Assembly (NCBI GenBank): GCA_002269645.1
Contig: NIVC01004095.1
Coordinates: forward strand, 1-51,098
Direction of reading: 5' to 3'
DNA from: Macrostomum lignano
Taxonomy: Eukaryota
Length of the DNA stretch: 51,098 nt
The notes beneath the pieces are model-generated. The model was not told the DNA's origin, searched no databases, and worked only from the letters and a program-made list of their open reading frames with translations. Below, one piece after another: positions 28,303 to 39,756 of this stretch (positions within the stretch are counted from its first letter, which is position 1; each line of letters starts with the position of its first letter). The position numbers and the translations under genes are program-made.

Positions 28303-29667
28303 CTTCACCCCTCCCACTCTCAACCTCACCCCTCCCACTCTCAACCTCACCCCTCCCACTCTCAACCTCACCCCTCCCACTCTCAACCTCACCCCTCCCA
28401 CTCTCAACCTCACCCCTCCCACTCTCAATCTCAACCCTCTCACTCTCAATCTCACCCCTCTCACTCTCAACCTCACCCCTCCCACTCTCAATCTCACCCC
28501 TCTCACTCTCAATCTCACCCCTCTCACTCTCAATCTCACCCCTCTCACTCTCAATCTCACCCCTCCCACTCTCAACCTCACCCCTCCCACTCTCAACCTC
28601 ACCCCTCCCACTCTCAACCTCACCCCTCCCACTCTCAATTTCGCCCTCTTTATTTTCAGTCTCTCCTCTTTCCTTCTCATCTAACCCCTCTCTTTCAATC
28701 TCACCCTCTCATTCTCCCTCTCTTCTCTTTTACTGTCAATCTCACCCCTCAATCTCAATCTCACCCCTCTCACTCTCAATCTCACCCCTCTCACTCTCAA
28801 TCTCACCCCTCAATCTCAATCTCACCCCCTCAATCTCAATCTCACCCCCTCAATCTCAATCGCACCCTCTCAATCTCAATCTCATCCCCTCAATCTCAAT
28901 CGCACCCTCTCAATCTCAATCTCATCCCCTCAATCTCAATCTCACCCCTCTCACTCTCAAGCTCACCCCTCTCACTCTCAATCTCACCCCTCTCACTCTC
29001 AATCTCACCCCCTCAATCTCAATCGCACCCTCTCAATCTCAATCTCACCCCCTCAATCTCAATCTCACCCCTCTCACTCTCAATCTCACCCCTCTCACTC
29101 TCAATCTCACACCCTCAATCTCAATCTCACCCCTCTCAATCTCAATCTCACCTCTCTCACTCTCAACCTCACCCCTCTCACTCTCAATCCACACCCTCAA
29201 TCTCAATCTCACCCCTCTCAATCTCAATCTCACCTCTCTCACTCTCAACCTCACCCCTCTCACTCTCAATCTCACCCCTCTCACTCTCAATCTCACCCCT
29301 CAATCTCAATCGCACCCTCTCAATCTCAATCTCACCCCCTCAATCTCAATCGCACCCTCTCAATCTCAATCTCATCCCCTCAATCTCAATCTCACCCCTC
29401 TCACTCTCAATCTCACCCCTCTCACTCTCAATCTCACACCCTCAATCTCAATCTCACCCCTCTCACTCTCAATCTCACCCCTCTCACTCTCAATCTCACC
29501 CCCTCAATCTCAATCGCACCCTCTCAATCTCAATCTCACCCCCTCAATCTCAATCTCACCCCTCTCACTCTCAATCTCACCCCTCTCACTCTCAATCTCA
29601 CACCCTCAATCTCAATCTCACCCCTCTCAATCTCAATCTCACCTCTCTCACTCTCAACCTCACCCAC
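28303..29667. repeat. Large 21-bp C/T-rich minisatellite (CACCCCTCYCACTCTCAAYCT) with variant units
   Basis: Directly visible. It accounts for ORFs 28293..29681, 28249..28680 and 29045..29296. Confidence 0.97.
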
Positions 29668-30176
29668 TTCTGCACTCTTAATCCCAGCTTTTAGTTTACC
29701 ACAGTAAACGAAATTTGTTACAAATGATCCGCCGATATGCTGTAAAAATGTTAAAATTAGTTTGAAGAAGGAGCCTTAACTTTCCTGTTCAATTAATTAG
29801 TTTCTCCTAGTCCATTTAAATAGTTAGTTAAGTCCATTAAATGATTTTTGCTGATCTATGATCCTGTACGTGTATATGTTTTATAAGAAGGCGCTAGTTC
29901 TGCTTAAAGTGTTTAGCCTAAAGGGGCCGGGGCGATATCTAACCTCCACATGGCCAGATGTTTTTGCGATTGGTTGGATAGTGGGGGGGGGCTTGCAGCC
30001 GGCAGAAAGACAGGACCTGCTGCTTGGGTAGAGACAAGAAACCTATGCAAGCGCACCCACAGTAACAACTCTTCCACGAAAGCCCCATTTGCAGACAGCT
30101 GCGCGCTGACTGAGGATTTCAGTTTGCTTCGCAAAAGCTCAGGCGAAATTTGTGGCCTCATTTTAAAGTCCGCTCA

Positions 30177-30630
30177 GAGTGCCTGCGGCGCCAAAATGAG
30201 TGCCTGCGGCGCTAAAATGAGTGCCTGCGGAGCTAAAATGAGTGCCTGCGGCGCTAAAATGAGTGCCTGTGGCGCTAAAATGAGTGCCTGCAGCGCTAAA
30301 ATGAGTGCCTGCGGCGCTAAAATGAGTGCCTGCAGAGCTAAAATGAGTGCCTGCGGCGCTAAAATGAGTGGTGTCTGCGGAGCGCTAAAATGAGTGCCTG
30401 CGGCGACAAAATGAGTGCCTGCAGCGCTAAAATGAGTGCCTGCGGCGCTAAAATGAGTGCCTGCAGGTGTGCCAAAATGAGTGGCTGCAGCGCTAAAATG
30501 AGTGCCTGCGGCGCTAAAATGAGGGCTGATAACACGATTCCTAAAATAATGGAACTGTAGGAATTTAGTCATGTACATGTTGAAGTCTTGGCTTTGTCCC
30601 CCCACCATAAAATCCATGGCGACGCCCCTG
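30177..30630. mobile_element. Partial hAT MITE (right end) carrying the 21-bp GCCTGCGGCGCTAAAATGAGT array
   Basis: The array and tail (...TACATG...GCTTTGTCCC...CATAAAATCCATGGCGACGCCCCTG) match the element at 34466-35150. Left TIR not found. Confidence 0.8.
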
Positions 30631-32254
30631 GGCACGCTTGTACGAGCATGTGCTGAGGAGTCAGTAGAATGGGCAGGATCGCCTCAACACTGGTGCCCGG
30701 GTACCCGCAGCCCTCCTGCAAATTATGTTTATTATTAATTATGCCGAAAGATGAATACGTAAAAAATCACTGCATTCTGTCAGCTACATCAACTTATTTC
30801 GACACTAGCTACTCACCGATTTCTTAGAAAGGTAACGACTCGTTGCTTAACACGCAAAAATCAATTGATTAAGAATTAAAACTCGACCAAGTTGAAAAAC
30901 AACAAGAACAAAAACATGTTCGCAATAAATTTAGTAAAATGTGCTTTTTGAAGCTCCACTTGTTTAATAAAGATTAATAGAGGGGATTTTACAGTTTTTT
31001 AACCTCTTAAGCTCCGCCTGAAATCCAAAGCACACTGAAAAAACCCACTGGCTGCAGATCGGCCATAGACAATTCTAACCCCAGATTCACTCATCCCGAG
31101 CCTACCGGATAGGACCATGTACATGTAGACAAAGTCGAAGACTCTGATCAAATCTGTGTTCTTGAGTCAATGGTGGAGAGCAAAAAAGAGAAAGAAGTCT
31201 CTTTCGTGAAGCTGAACTGTCACTCTGTTTTCTTTACTAAATTTTATCTGCTCATTGCAGAAAGAACTCATTGCTGCTCCGACTTCGTAGCTTCGTTTGT
31301 TTGTGCCTCTTCTGTTTTCCTAACTACAGCAAATAATTGTTTATTTTAGGTGACATTACATATTTAATATGCAAGAAATGCTTTTCCTAGGACCCAGTCT
31401 AAATTTTCTGCTTTTCTATCTCATCGACTCTGATCGCCCTGAGTCGACGACTCTTTTTGTCCTCTGATGGCTGCTCTGCAGCCATATCGGGGATGTTCAG
31501 GGCGACTTAAAATCGGGCCATAGACGGCAGAAGTCGAGCAAATGTCAAAGGGAATATCGGAGGTTAACAAATGGCTGCTCTGCAGCAACTGGGTTCGATA
31601 GGGTTAAAGTGTTCTCTGCTGATTAGTTTTCAAGAAGAAAAACCGCAATAAAAATTTTCCTTTCTTCTTTTGTCTAATTTCTTTCTAAATTCCTTTGCAT
31701 AAAGAGCTGCATTTGCTTCAGCCATGCATTTTCGCTTCTTCTCGCTAAGCGTTTCTTCCTCTGCCTCTTCTTTCCCGGATCTGCTTTTTAGTTTTTCAGC
31801 CCCGCTAAGACCGGACAAGGGTCACAGGTTGGCAGGCTCCAGTCGCGAGAGAGACAGCTTTCTTTCTAGGCGACAGAGCTGCAGCCCAGAAATCGGGGAC
31901 AAGAAAAGGTGCAGACAGCGTTGCAGCATGACGCAGTTCCGTGCAGGCCCGGTCAACTTGTAATGAAGACAAAAAATTTCTGGACCGAGGGAGTGTTAAG
32001 AAAAGTAAATTTCTTAGTCTTTGAAGTTGACGAGTGTATTTTTTCTGGCTTGAAAGTATTTTTCAATGTACATTACATGCAGTGCACTAGGCTTTTTAAC
32101 GTACATGCATTATCTTACTAAACTGTACATAACACTGCGGGAAATAAGAATGATTTATGATCCTAAAAGTGTAAAGGAATGCCTTCAAGTGCCTTCGTGT
32201 TTGAAGGCTTAGAAAACGAATAAATGATTGCGCACAGATACCAATGAAGATCCA

Positions 32255-33250
32255 ACCCTCGAACAAAAGCTCCAATCCACAGAGAAGCTCCAATCCACAC
32301 ACAGAAGCTCCAATCCACAAACAGAAGCTCCAATCCACACACAGAAGCTCCAATCCACACACAAAAGCTCCAATCCACACACAGAAGCTCCAATCCACAC
32401 ACAGAAGCTCCAATACACACACAGAAGCTCCAATCCACACACAGAAGCTCCAATCCACACACAGAAGCTCCAATACACACACAGAAGCTCCAATCCACAA
32501 CAGAAGCTCCAATCCACACACAGAAGCTCCAATCCACACACAAAAGCTCCAATCCACACACAGAAGCTCCAATCCACACACAGAAGCTCCAATCCACACA
32601 CAGAAGCTCCAATCCACACACAGAAGCTCCAATACACAAACAGAAGCTCCAATCCACAAACAGAAGCTCCAATCCACAAACAGAAGCTCCAATCCACAAC
32701 AGAAGCTCTAATCCACAAACAGAAGCTCCAATCCACAAACAGAAGCTCCAATCCACAAACAGAAGCTCCAATCCACAAACAGAAGCTCCAATCCACAAAC
32801 AGAAGCTCCAATCCACAAACAGAAGCTCCAATCCACAAACAGAAGCTCCAATCCACAAACAGAAGCTCCAATCCACAAACAGAAGCTCCAATCCACAAAC
32901 AGAAGCTCCAATCCACAAACAGAAGCTCCAATCCACAAACAGAAGCTCCAATCCACAAACAGAAGCTCCAATCCACAAACAGAAGCTCCAATCCACAAAC
33001 AGAAGCTCCAATCCACAAACAGAAGCTCCAATCCACAAACAGAAGCTCCAATCCACAAACAGAAGCTCCAATCCACAAACAGAAGCTCGAATCCACAAAC
33101 AGAAGCTCCAATCCACACACAGAAGCTCTAATGTACAACAAAAGCTCCAACCCCACAACATTCTCCAATCCACACATCCTCCAATCCACAGCATTCTCCA
33201 ACCCACACATCCTCCAATCCACAGCATTCTCCAACCCACAACATATACAC
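32255..33250. repeat. 20-bp minisatellite (CAGAAGCTCCAATCCACAMA), about 43 copies, followed by a degenerate 31-bp variant
   Basis: Directly visible. It explains all long ORFs between 32096 and 33301. Confidence 0.98.
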
Positions 33251-33364
33251 CGATCTCAACCGATCAGGATCCAATCTTCACACAGAAACTTCAAGCACTA
33301 GGCATGAAAAAAGTTTTGACATCGAAATTACCCCCAGCTTAGAGAACGAGCCAACCGTTAAAAG

Positions 33365-33437
33365 TGCGCACTCGATAAGCATCGAATCGCTATTCCGATC
33401 GTGATAGCACGGCGGCGCAACATTACCGAGCCGCATT
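33365..33437 (-). mobile_element. Possible degenerate tRNA-like SINE head
   Basis: Minus strand GCGGCTCGGTAATGTTGCGCCGCC...GCGATTCGATGC has box A/box B-like spacing but poor consensus. Confidence 0.25.
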
Positions 33438-34465
33438 TGCATTCAAATTTCGTGCACGGCATGAGTTTCAAGTTTCTCCTAAAGCCAGTTTGACTCTGTA
33501 CTATATAATCTCTCACTCACCCAGCCAGTCAAGTGGCAAGACAGAAAAGCCGGCAAGCTGATAGAGAAACATACGGGTCAGAGTAAACTAACTGGATAGT
33601 TGTCACAGAAAAAAACTCAACACAGAATGAAATCCCCAACGCGGATCTCGTTCCATCTTGTTGTTTGTGTGTTTATCTTGCCTCATATATATATACGAGC
33701 GTATAGTCGAGGCGGAACAAGCTCTCAGGACTTGTCTGAGACTCGCGAAATTGAATTCGTGCCGTTCCGTTTGTGCCAGTTTTCCGCTCGAGTGAAGCCA
33801 AGTGCCAGTTTTTGGAGATGGAAGAGAGTTCTCTTCTACCTATCAGCTCACTTGCTTTCGGGAAAAAGCAATTGAGAAGACTGCAACCAGATGGTAGAGC
33901 TCAAGCAAGGACGGACAAGAGATAGGGGTGTTTTTCGAGTGGCTGTATTTTTTTCCAAGCCTGTATCTCTCAGCGGTTTCTGCTTTTAAAGTTCGATCAT
34001 CTATCATTCAAGAGCTTTTCAAGTTGAGTCAGTTTAATCAATGCAGAGGCTTTGAAATTTATGTACCCATCCACCTTATTAAGACTTGTTTCAATATTAT
34101 TCATTATATCCATTGAGGTAATTGGATTAGAGTCTTTTTAGTATGTTAGACTAGCAATTAGCGCCCCCCGTTGGGGAGCCAACAAAGAATGTAATACCAA
34201 CTTTAGAATAAACTACATGTAGCTTCTCCTTGCAATAACCTCAGCAACTCCATTTGTAAGCTTTGACATCTCTGCGATCTTAGAATAATAACGCATTGTT
34301 ATAAGCGGGCATGCTTAGGCTGGAACAAACACGAAAATCCAACGACAGTTTTTTGGGTAAACGTACATGTGCATTGTAGTTCGTACATGTTTTATATACA
34401 TGAGCTACTGTACATGTGCATGTGAAAGCTTCAATCGGCGTTTATTCACACACAAATGCTGAAGC

Positions 34466-35150
34466 CAGGGGCGTCGCCACGCCCACGTCCCATAGTAAAA
34501 GCTATGGGAGACATGCCATTGCTTTGTTCCTCCCACCCACCTAGTGACCCGATTTGGAAATCAAAAATTTTGCTTCAGGGCGACAAAAAATAGCGCCTGT
34601 GGTGCCAAAATGAATGCCTGTGGTGCCAAAATGAATGCCTGCGGTGCCAAAATGAATGCCTGCGGCGCTAAAATGAGTGCCTGCGGTGCCAAAATGAATG
34701 CCTGCGGCGCTAAAATGAATGCCTGCGGTGCCAAAATGAATGCCTGCGGCGCTAAAATGAGTGCCTGCGGTGCCAAAATGAATGCCTGCGGCGCTAAAAT
34801 GAATGCCTGCGGTGCCAAAATGAATGCCTGCGGCGCTAAAATGAGTGCCTGCGGCGCTAAAATGAGTGCCTGCGGCGCTAAAATGAGTGCCTGCGGAGCT
34901 AAAATGAGTGCCTGCGGCGCTAAAATGAGTGCCTGCAGGTGTGCCAAAATGAGTGCCTGCGGCGCTAAAGTGAGTGCCTGCGGCGCTAAAATGAGTGCCT
35001 GCGGCGCCAAAATGAATGCCTGTGGCGCCAAAATGAGAACTGGCAACACTGATTCTGAAAAAATGTACATGTACGAATTTAATCATGTACTTGTACATGT
35101 AGATTTTCCGGCTTTGTCCCTTCAACATAAAATCCATGGCGACGCCCCTA
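34466..35150. mobile_element. Complete non-autonomous hAT element (685 bp) with internal 21-bp minisatellite
   Basis: TIRs CAGGGGCGTCGCCA / TGGCGACGCCCCTA. Perfect 8-bp TSD GCTGAAGC at 34458-34465 and 35151-35158. About 21 copies of GCCTGYGGYGCYAAAATGART inside. Confidence 0.92.
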
Positions 35151-36899
35151 GCTGAAGCGATATCTTACTGAACAAATTCGGAAGTCTGAGTGAGTGGCCT
35201 GTAGAATTCAATAATTCAATTATTAGTTTTCGGTTCACCTCTGATATCAGTTCCTGTTTTCGGGCTTCACGCATAATAGCACTGCACTTTTGTGACTACA
35301 TGCACTTTTTGGGGGTCTTCTAAATTGCGCGCTTATTCAGCCCACACGCCGCTCATACACAGTGGCTTTAGAGCTGGGTTGGATTATGATTATTATAGAA
35401 TGCCAGCTATTCAGTCAAAATGCTTCGAAAAGCTTTTAACCTATGCTGCTGCTTTGGGTGTCGTTGTCATTTTCCCTCTTTCCTGTCCGGTGTCCCCCTC
35501 GACTGCTCGCGGTCAGAAATTGGTCTTTTTTCTCAATTCACCAACCAGAACCCCCCGTTCCATTCCATCGCTATGATGGCCTGAAGGAATGAATTTTTTG
35601 AAAAGTAAAATTTCTGCCTGCCGGGTTTTGTTGATAGCCTCTCTCCGTATCCACCCAAGTTTGCTTTCCTCGATAGCAACGATGGATGAATAGGCAAGGC
35701 ACTTTTCATTTTTTTATGCACTAACACGAGTTCAGAAATGTGCGCAGCTATTTTGAAGCTGTAATTGTAAAAGTGCACCTACGCCATGACAAAATGAGAC
35801 TTCTAAAGCCATGCAAATGTCGTGTGAGCCACATTCATCGTTTGCGCTGGGCTTGTCTTCCAAGAAAATCCATTAAAAAGAAAACTGAAACCTGATTTAA
35901 CCAGATACAAAAACAGCAGAAAGCTGAATATACCATGTAAGATAGAAAGCTTCCACTGCCAAGATAATCAATGGAAAAATTAAAAGCTTCATGACTTCTT
36001 TAATTCCAATTTCTTTTAAATTAATTAATTTGACTATATGACTACATGACTATAGTATCCCACGCTGTAAAATCATTCTTCAATACTTTGAAATCAATAT
36101 TGACACTCGTAAGAATATACTCTGATAATGTGCTTGCTCAAATGGCTTTTTGTTATATCTAGTAAGTAGATCATTTATCTGCCTTCAAAACCATAGACAC
36201 AATCTACCATTGCTTTTGTCAGCCAAAGTTGACAATTCATAAAATCAAGTTGAGAACAAGGACAAGTTATCAAGTTGTCCTTAGTTGAGAATTCCCATTT
36301 GGCAGCAGTAGCTTTGGTTTTGCCCATAGACATAGACATAGACGGAAAAAGCAAGTTGATAATTCTTAAACTTCATACTCTGTTGGAAGTCGATGTTGAT
36401 CGAGCATGATTTCAATAAGCTAAAAAATCAATCAAGAGGGCACTCCCGATCTCAGTCGCTGACACGGTGAAAGGACTAAAAAAGTCACTTTAGTTAGAGT
36501 TGCCAAGATTTCGAATATTGTATATATTGTATAAATAGAAAGAAGCAGGAATCCGGACACATTGCACTAACAAATCATACCAACTAGGCCCTATAAAAAC
36601 AAGCACTAAATCAGATACTGTGACAGCATTGGACTGGAGGGTTGAAAAACGAAAAAACAGACAGACACAGACTTGAGTACATTTACGAGTACGCTTACTT
36701 GCTGAAATCAGTGAAGTATCTTTCTTCACAAAAGAAAAGAATCAATTGTTAGCGATAGGAATACGCAGCAGTCCCAACCCTTAACTCTCTCTTCACGAAA
36801 ATTCTAGAGAGTTAACTATGCAAAGCTAATCTCAAGAGGGACCGATATCTAGCTACTTACGGCTATCCTGCTGCCCACAGGAGGCGACGCAACGCGTGA

Positions 36900-37400
36900 A
36901 ATAAATTGCTCCTGGCAGTTAGCTCCCACCCCAACCCTTCGGAGTTCCCCTTTCCCAGTCCTTCAATTTCTATTCCCCCCCTTGTTACCAAAGCCATACG
37001 CTGTGTTATATATACGCTCGTATAAGAATTCGATGGCACCCACTCCCGCAAACCGTCCCTACAGCGCTTTCATTTCCCTCAGGGGACAGTGGGTGCCGGA
37101 AACATTGACTTTCCCAGTCTCCCTATATAGCCGACTATAAGTTCCAATATAGATTGGCATCCAGATTTTTGATGGCACTAAACGGCTAGGAAACGATGGG
37201 GCGTTGCAGATTGGCAGTGCAGTAAGCCTTAGCAACAAGTCGCTGAGATCTTAACTGCAACTGGACTGGACTGATCCGGAGGGCTTGCGAGTCCGGTATG
37301 GCGATATAGTTAAGCGAAGCAAAAAAGCCTTCTAGCAAAATTGCGATCGACCGCCAGTCACGCCTGGATTCCAAAGCAGCAGGATCTTGCAGAGTTTCTG
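36900..37400 (-). mobile_element. Possible highly degraded non-LTR (RTE-like) endonuclease remnant
   Basis: Fragmentary peptides (IGTYSRLY; GKGELRRVGVG) loosely resemble RTE APE motifs (IGTWNVRTL; EGERRESGVG). Confidence 0.2.
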
Positions 37401-38629
37401 CCAGACTTGCTGGTTGAAGTTTTCGGTTCTCCCTGGCTCCCTTTCTCTCCCACTCTCTCGCTGACTTGAGTTGACTTTTTCTCCCTTATCTGCATATGAT
37501 TTCGTTCTCTATAGCTAGTTCAACACAGTGGTAAGCTGAACATGTCTTCGCTTTGCATGCAATATCTATAAGACAGAAAAACGTTTTTCGATTGCTATTA
37601 TGAATACGTTAAGAATAAGATCATATGCTTGGCCATTACCTAGCTACATGTACGAGCGGACCCTATACTTCACCCTGCCCATCAAGACAGAGGAGCTCAA
37701 ACTCCTGAGTGCACGACGGCTTTCAACCATTGCATCTAGCTCTCCTCTACTTCCCATTTTCCCTCTGCGTTTTTGTTTACGTTGAATAATTTATTTATAA
37801 GCGCAGAATTGGGAGGCCAAGAGGCTTTCTGTGCAGCCTGTAGCCATGGCTTGTGTTCTTCTCGGCTTGACAGTTAAGTCAAATAAACGAAGAAAATTGG
37901 CCAATAGCTTGAAACATGCTAAAAGCATATACGGCTTAATCCGTCACCTACGGCTCCTAAGTCCTTGCTGAAGTCTCTGAGAGAGATTAATAACCTGATT
38001 TCTCTCGCCTTCCTTCCTTATCTCCTGGGGATTATCCGACTAATTAGTTAATCATACGGCAGAAATGCGTGACAATTCACTCAAAAAGAAGCATGTTTTA
38101 TGATTACTAGCTCGTAATTAAACCCTCGACATTATCACCCTTGTTTATTATTTTTCCTTTTGGCGTTTCTCGTCAGAATTTTATCTGTCAGAAAAGTCAG
38201 TTTATAAAAAAAAAGAAAAAACGATGCCAACACGATCATTTTAATAAAAGGGCTAAAATTCGTCTGTTGCAGGTCTGCGATCGTAACTTGCTTAGTATTT
38301 TTTACAACCTGTGAATCCATCTCGTACCCAAATCAGGCTTAGATTTCGATACTTCACGCTAAAGTCGGAAAATCCTAAAACATAAATATGAATTTTAGCG
38401 AGCTGCAATGTCTTTACTACATAAACTCGCAGATGTTGCCGTCTTAGACGAACTAAGACATAACGCTCGATAATAGCAGAATTGTTCATCAAACTCTGAA
38501 GTGATTTGGAACGAGAAAGTATACAAACTGTAACATTTTTCACTCAGTACGTGTGCCTAAATTTTCTTTGCTATATATTGTCTTGTTAATTTGTCAATAA
38601 CTATCGAATGCAAATAGTAGCTCAAACAA

Positions 38630-38729
38630 AATGCATGTGCAGCAAGACTACTGACAAAATTGAGTTGTCAGTAGCTGACTTTTACGCTGTCGCGAGTTGC
38701 GATTTTTTACACTAGCTTCTCTGGCCACC
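38630..38729. repeat. Dispersed ~100-bp repeat, copy 2
   Basis: Colinear with 24945-25045; both copies end in GGCCAC. Confidence 0.8.
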
Positions 38730-39756
38730 TGAGGTCTCATTAGCCTATCTTGTGGATGGATGATTTTTTCGGTTGATCCTAAATGATCCCTGCGCAGTCA
38801 CACTCAGCGCATGATTTATCGTCATTAGCGGGGGTTTCTTAGAATGACGCATTCAAAATTGTAGTTTTTTGAAGTTTCTTGTAAAACGTACTGCTTGCTT
38901 ATAATTTTGCTTGATTAAGTATAACAAATAGGCTTGGAATTTTGCCTGTAAATCAGAGAGTCAGGTGATCTTGCTAATGATTGAGTGCCCGGCTCTGCAG
39001 GTGCACAAAGATAATTGATTCTTCTAACCCCGCATCTGGCTTCGTCTCAGTTGGCTCGCTGAATAACTAAATTAAATTGCCAATTTTCATCATCTAATCC
39101 AACTAAACGAATCTATATAACTAAACCTGAATAACATGCTATTTCCCGTGTGCAAGCTGCAGGTTTTATACAGCATAACAAATTTTAACTGCTGTCGGAA
39201 TTAATCTAATTTGTATATTATTATATACAGAATGACGTTTATAATATATATATATATATAAAATATATATAAGTTTGTAACTCGCACAAAATTTGATTAG
39301 AAAGATTCTAAGCATTTAAAAAAACTTTAGAAAATTGTGAAGTGTTTTTTAGTCCTAATCAGAGATTGAATCGTACCGGAAAAAGGTCACATTATTTAAA
39401 AACTCGGAGAAGTTTCCTGTCTAATCAGTTTTTGATTAGATGTTAAAGCTTGAAAAGAAATTAGTAACTGCTGGTCATTGCAGGTTTCATTTCGAAGCAC
39501 AATGAAATCAGCGATAAGTGTTGGTTTCCATGATAACAGCTGCTAAAGAGTTTCCAAAAAGGTTTAGAGTTAACGAGCAGCATCGCATGTCACGTGGTCT
39601 ATCTGCAGCCAAAGTTCGTTATTTGACCTTGACCTCATACTACGGTCTGCGAGCGTAATAAATTTGCTATAAGCGCAGCCTAAACTGATTCAATCTGCAC
39701 CAGTCATATCTACCAAACGTTGAGAAACATCTGCCACGCAATAATAGATTCCATAA

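Noticed and set aside
28293-29681. 462-aa Ser/Pro/Leu-rich ORF
   Set aside because: Entirely a 21-bp stop-free minisatellite, starting on a non-ATG codon.
32096-33301. Several 200-360 aa ORFs on both strands
   Set aside because: Translations of the 20-bp minisatellite.
34541-35155. (SACGAKM)n ORFs resembling Cys-rich or antifreeze-like repeats (also 29950-30635)
   Set aside because: They are the 21-bp array inside a hAT MITE with TIRs and TSD; all frames are open simply because the unit lacks stops.
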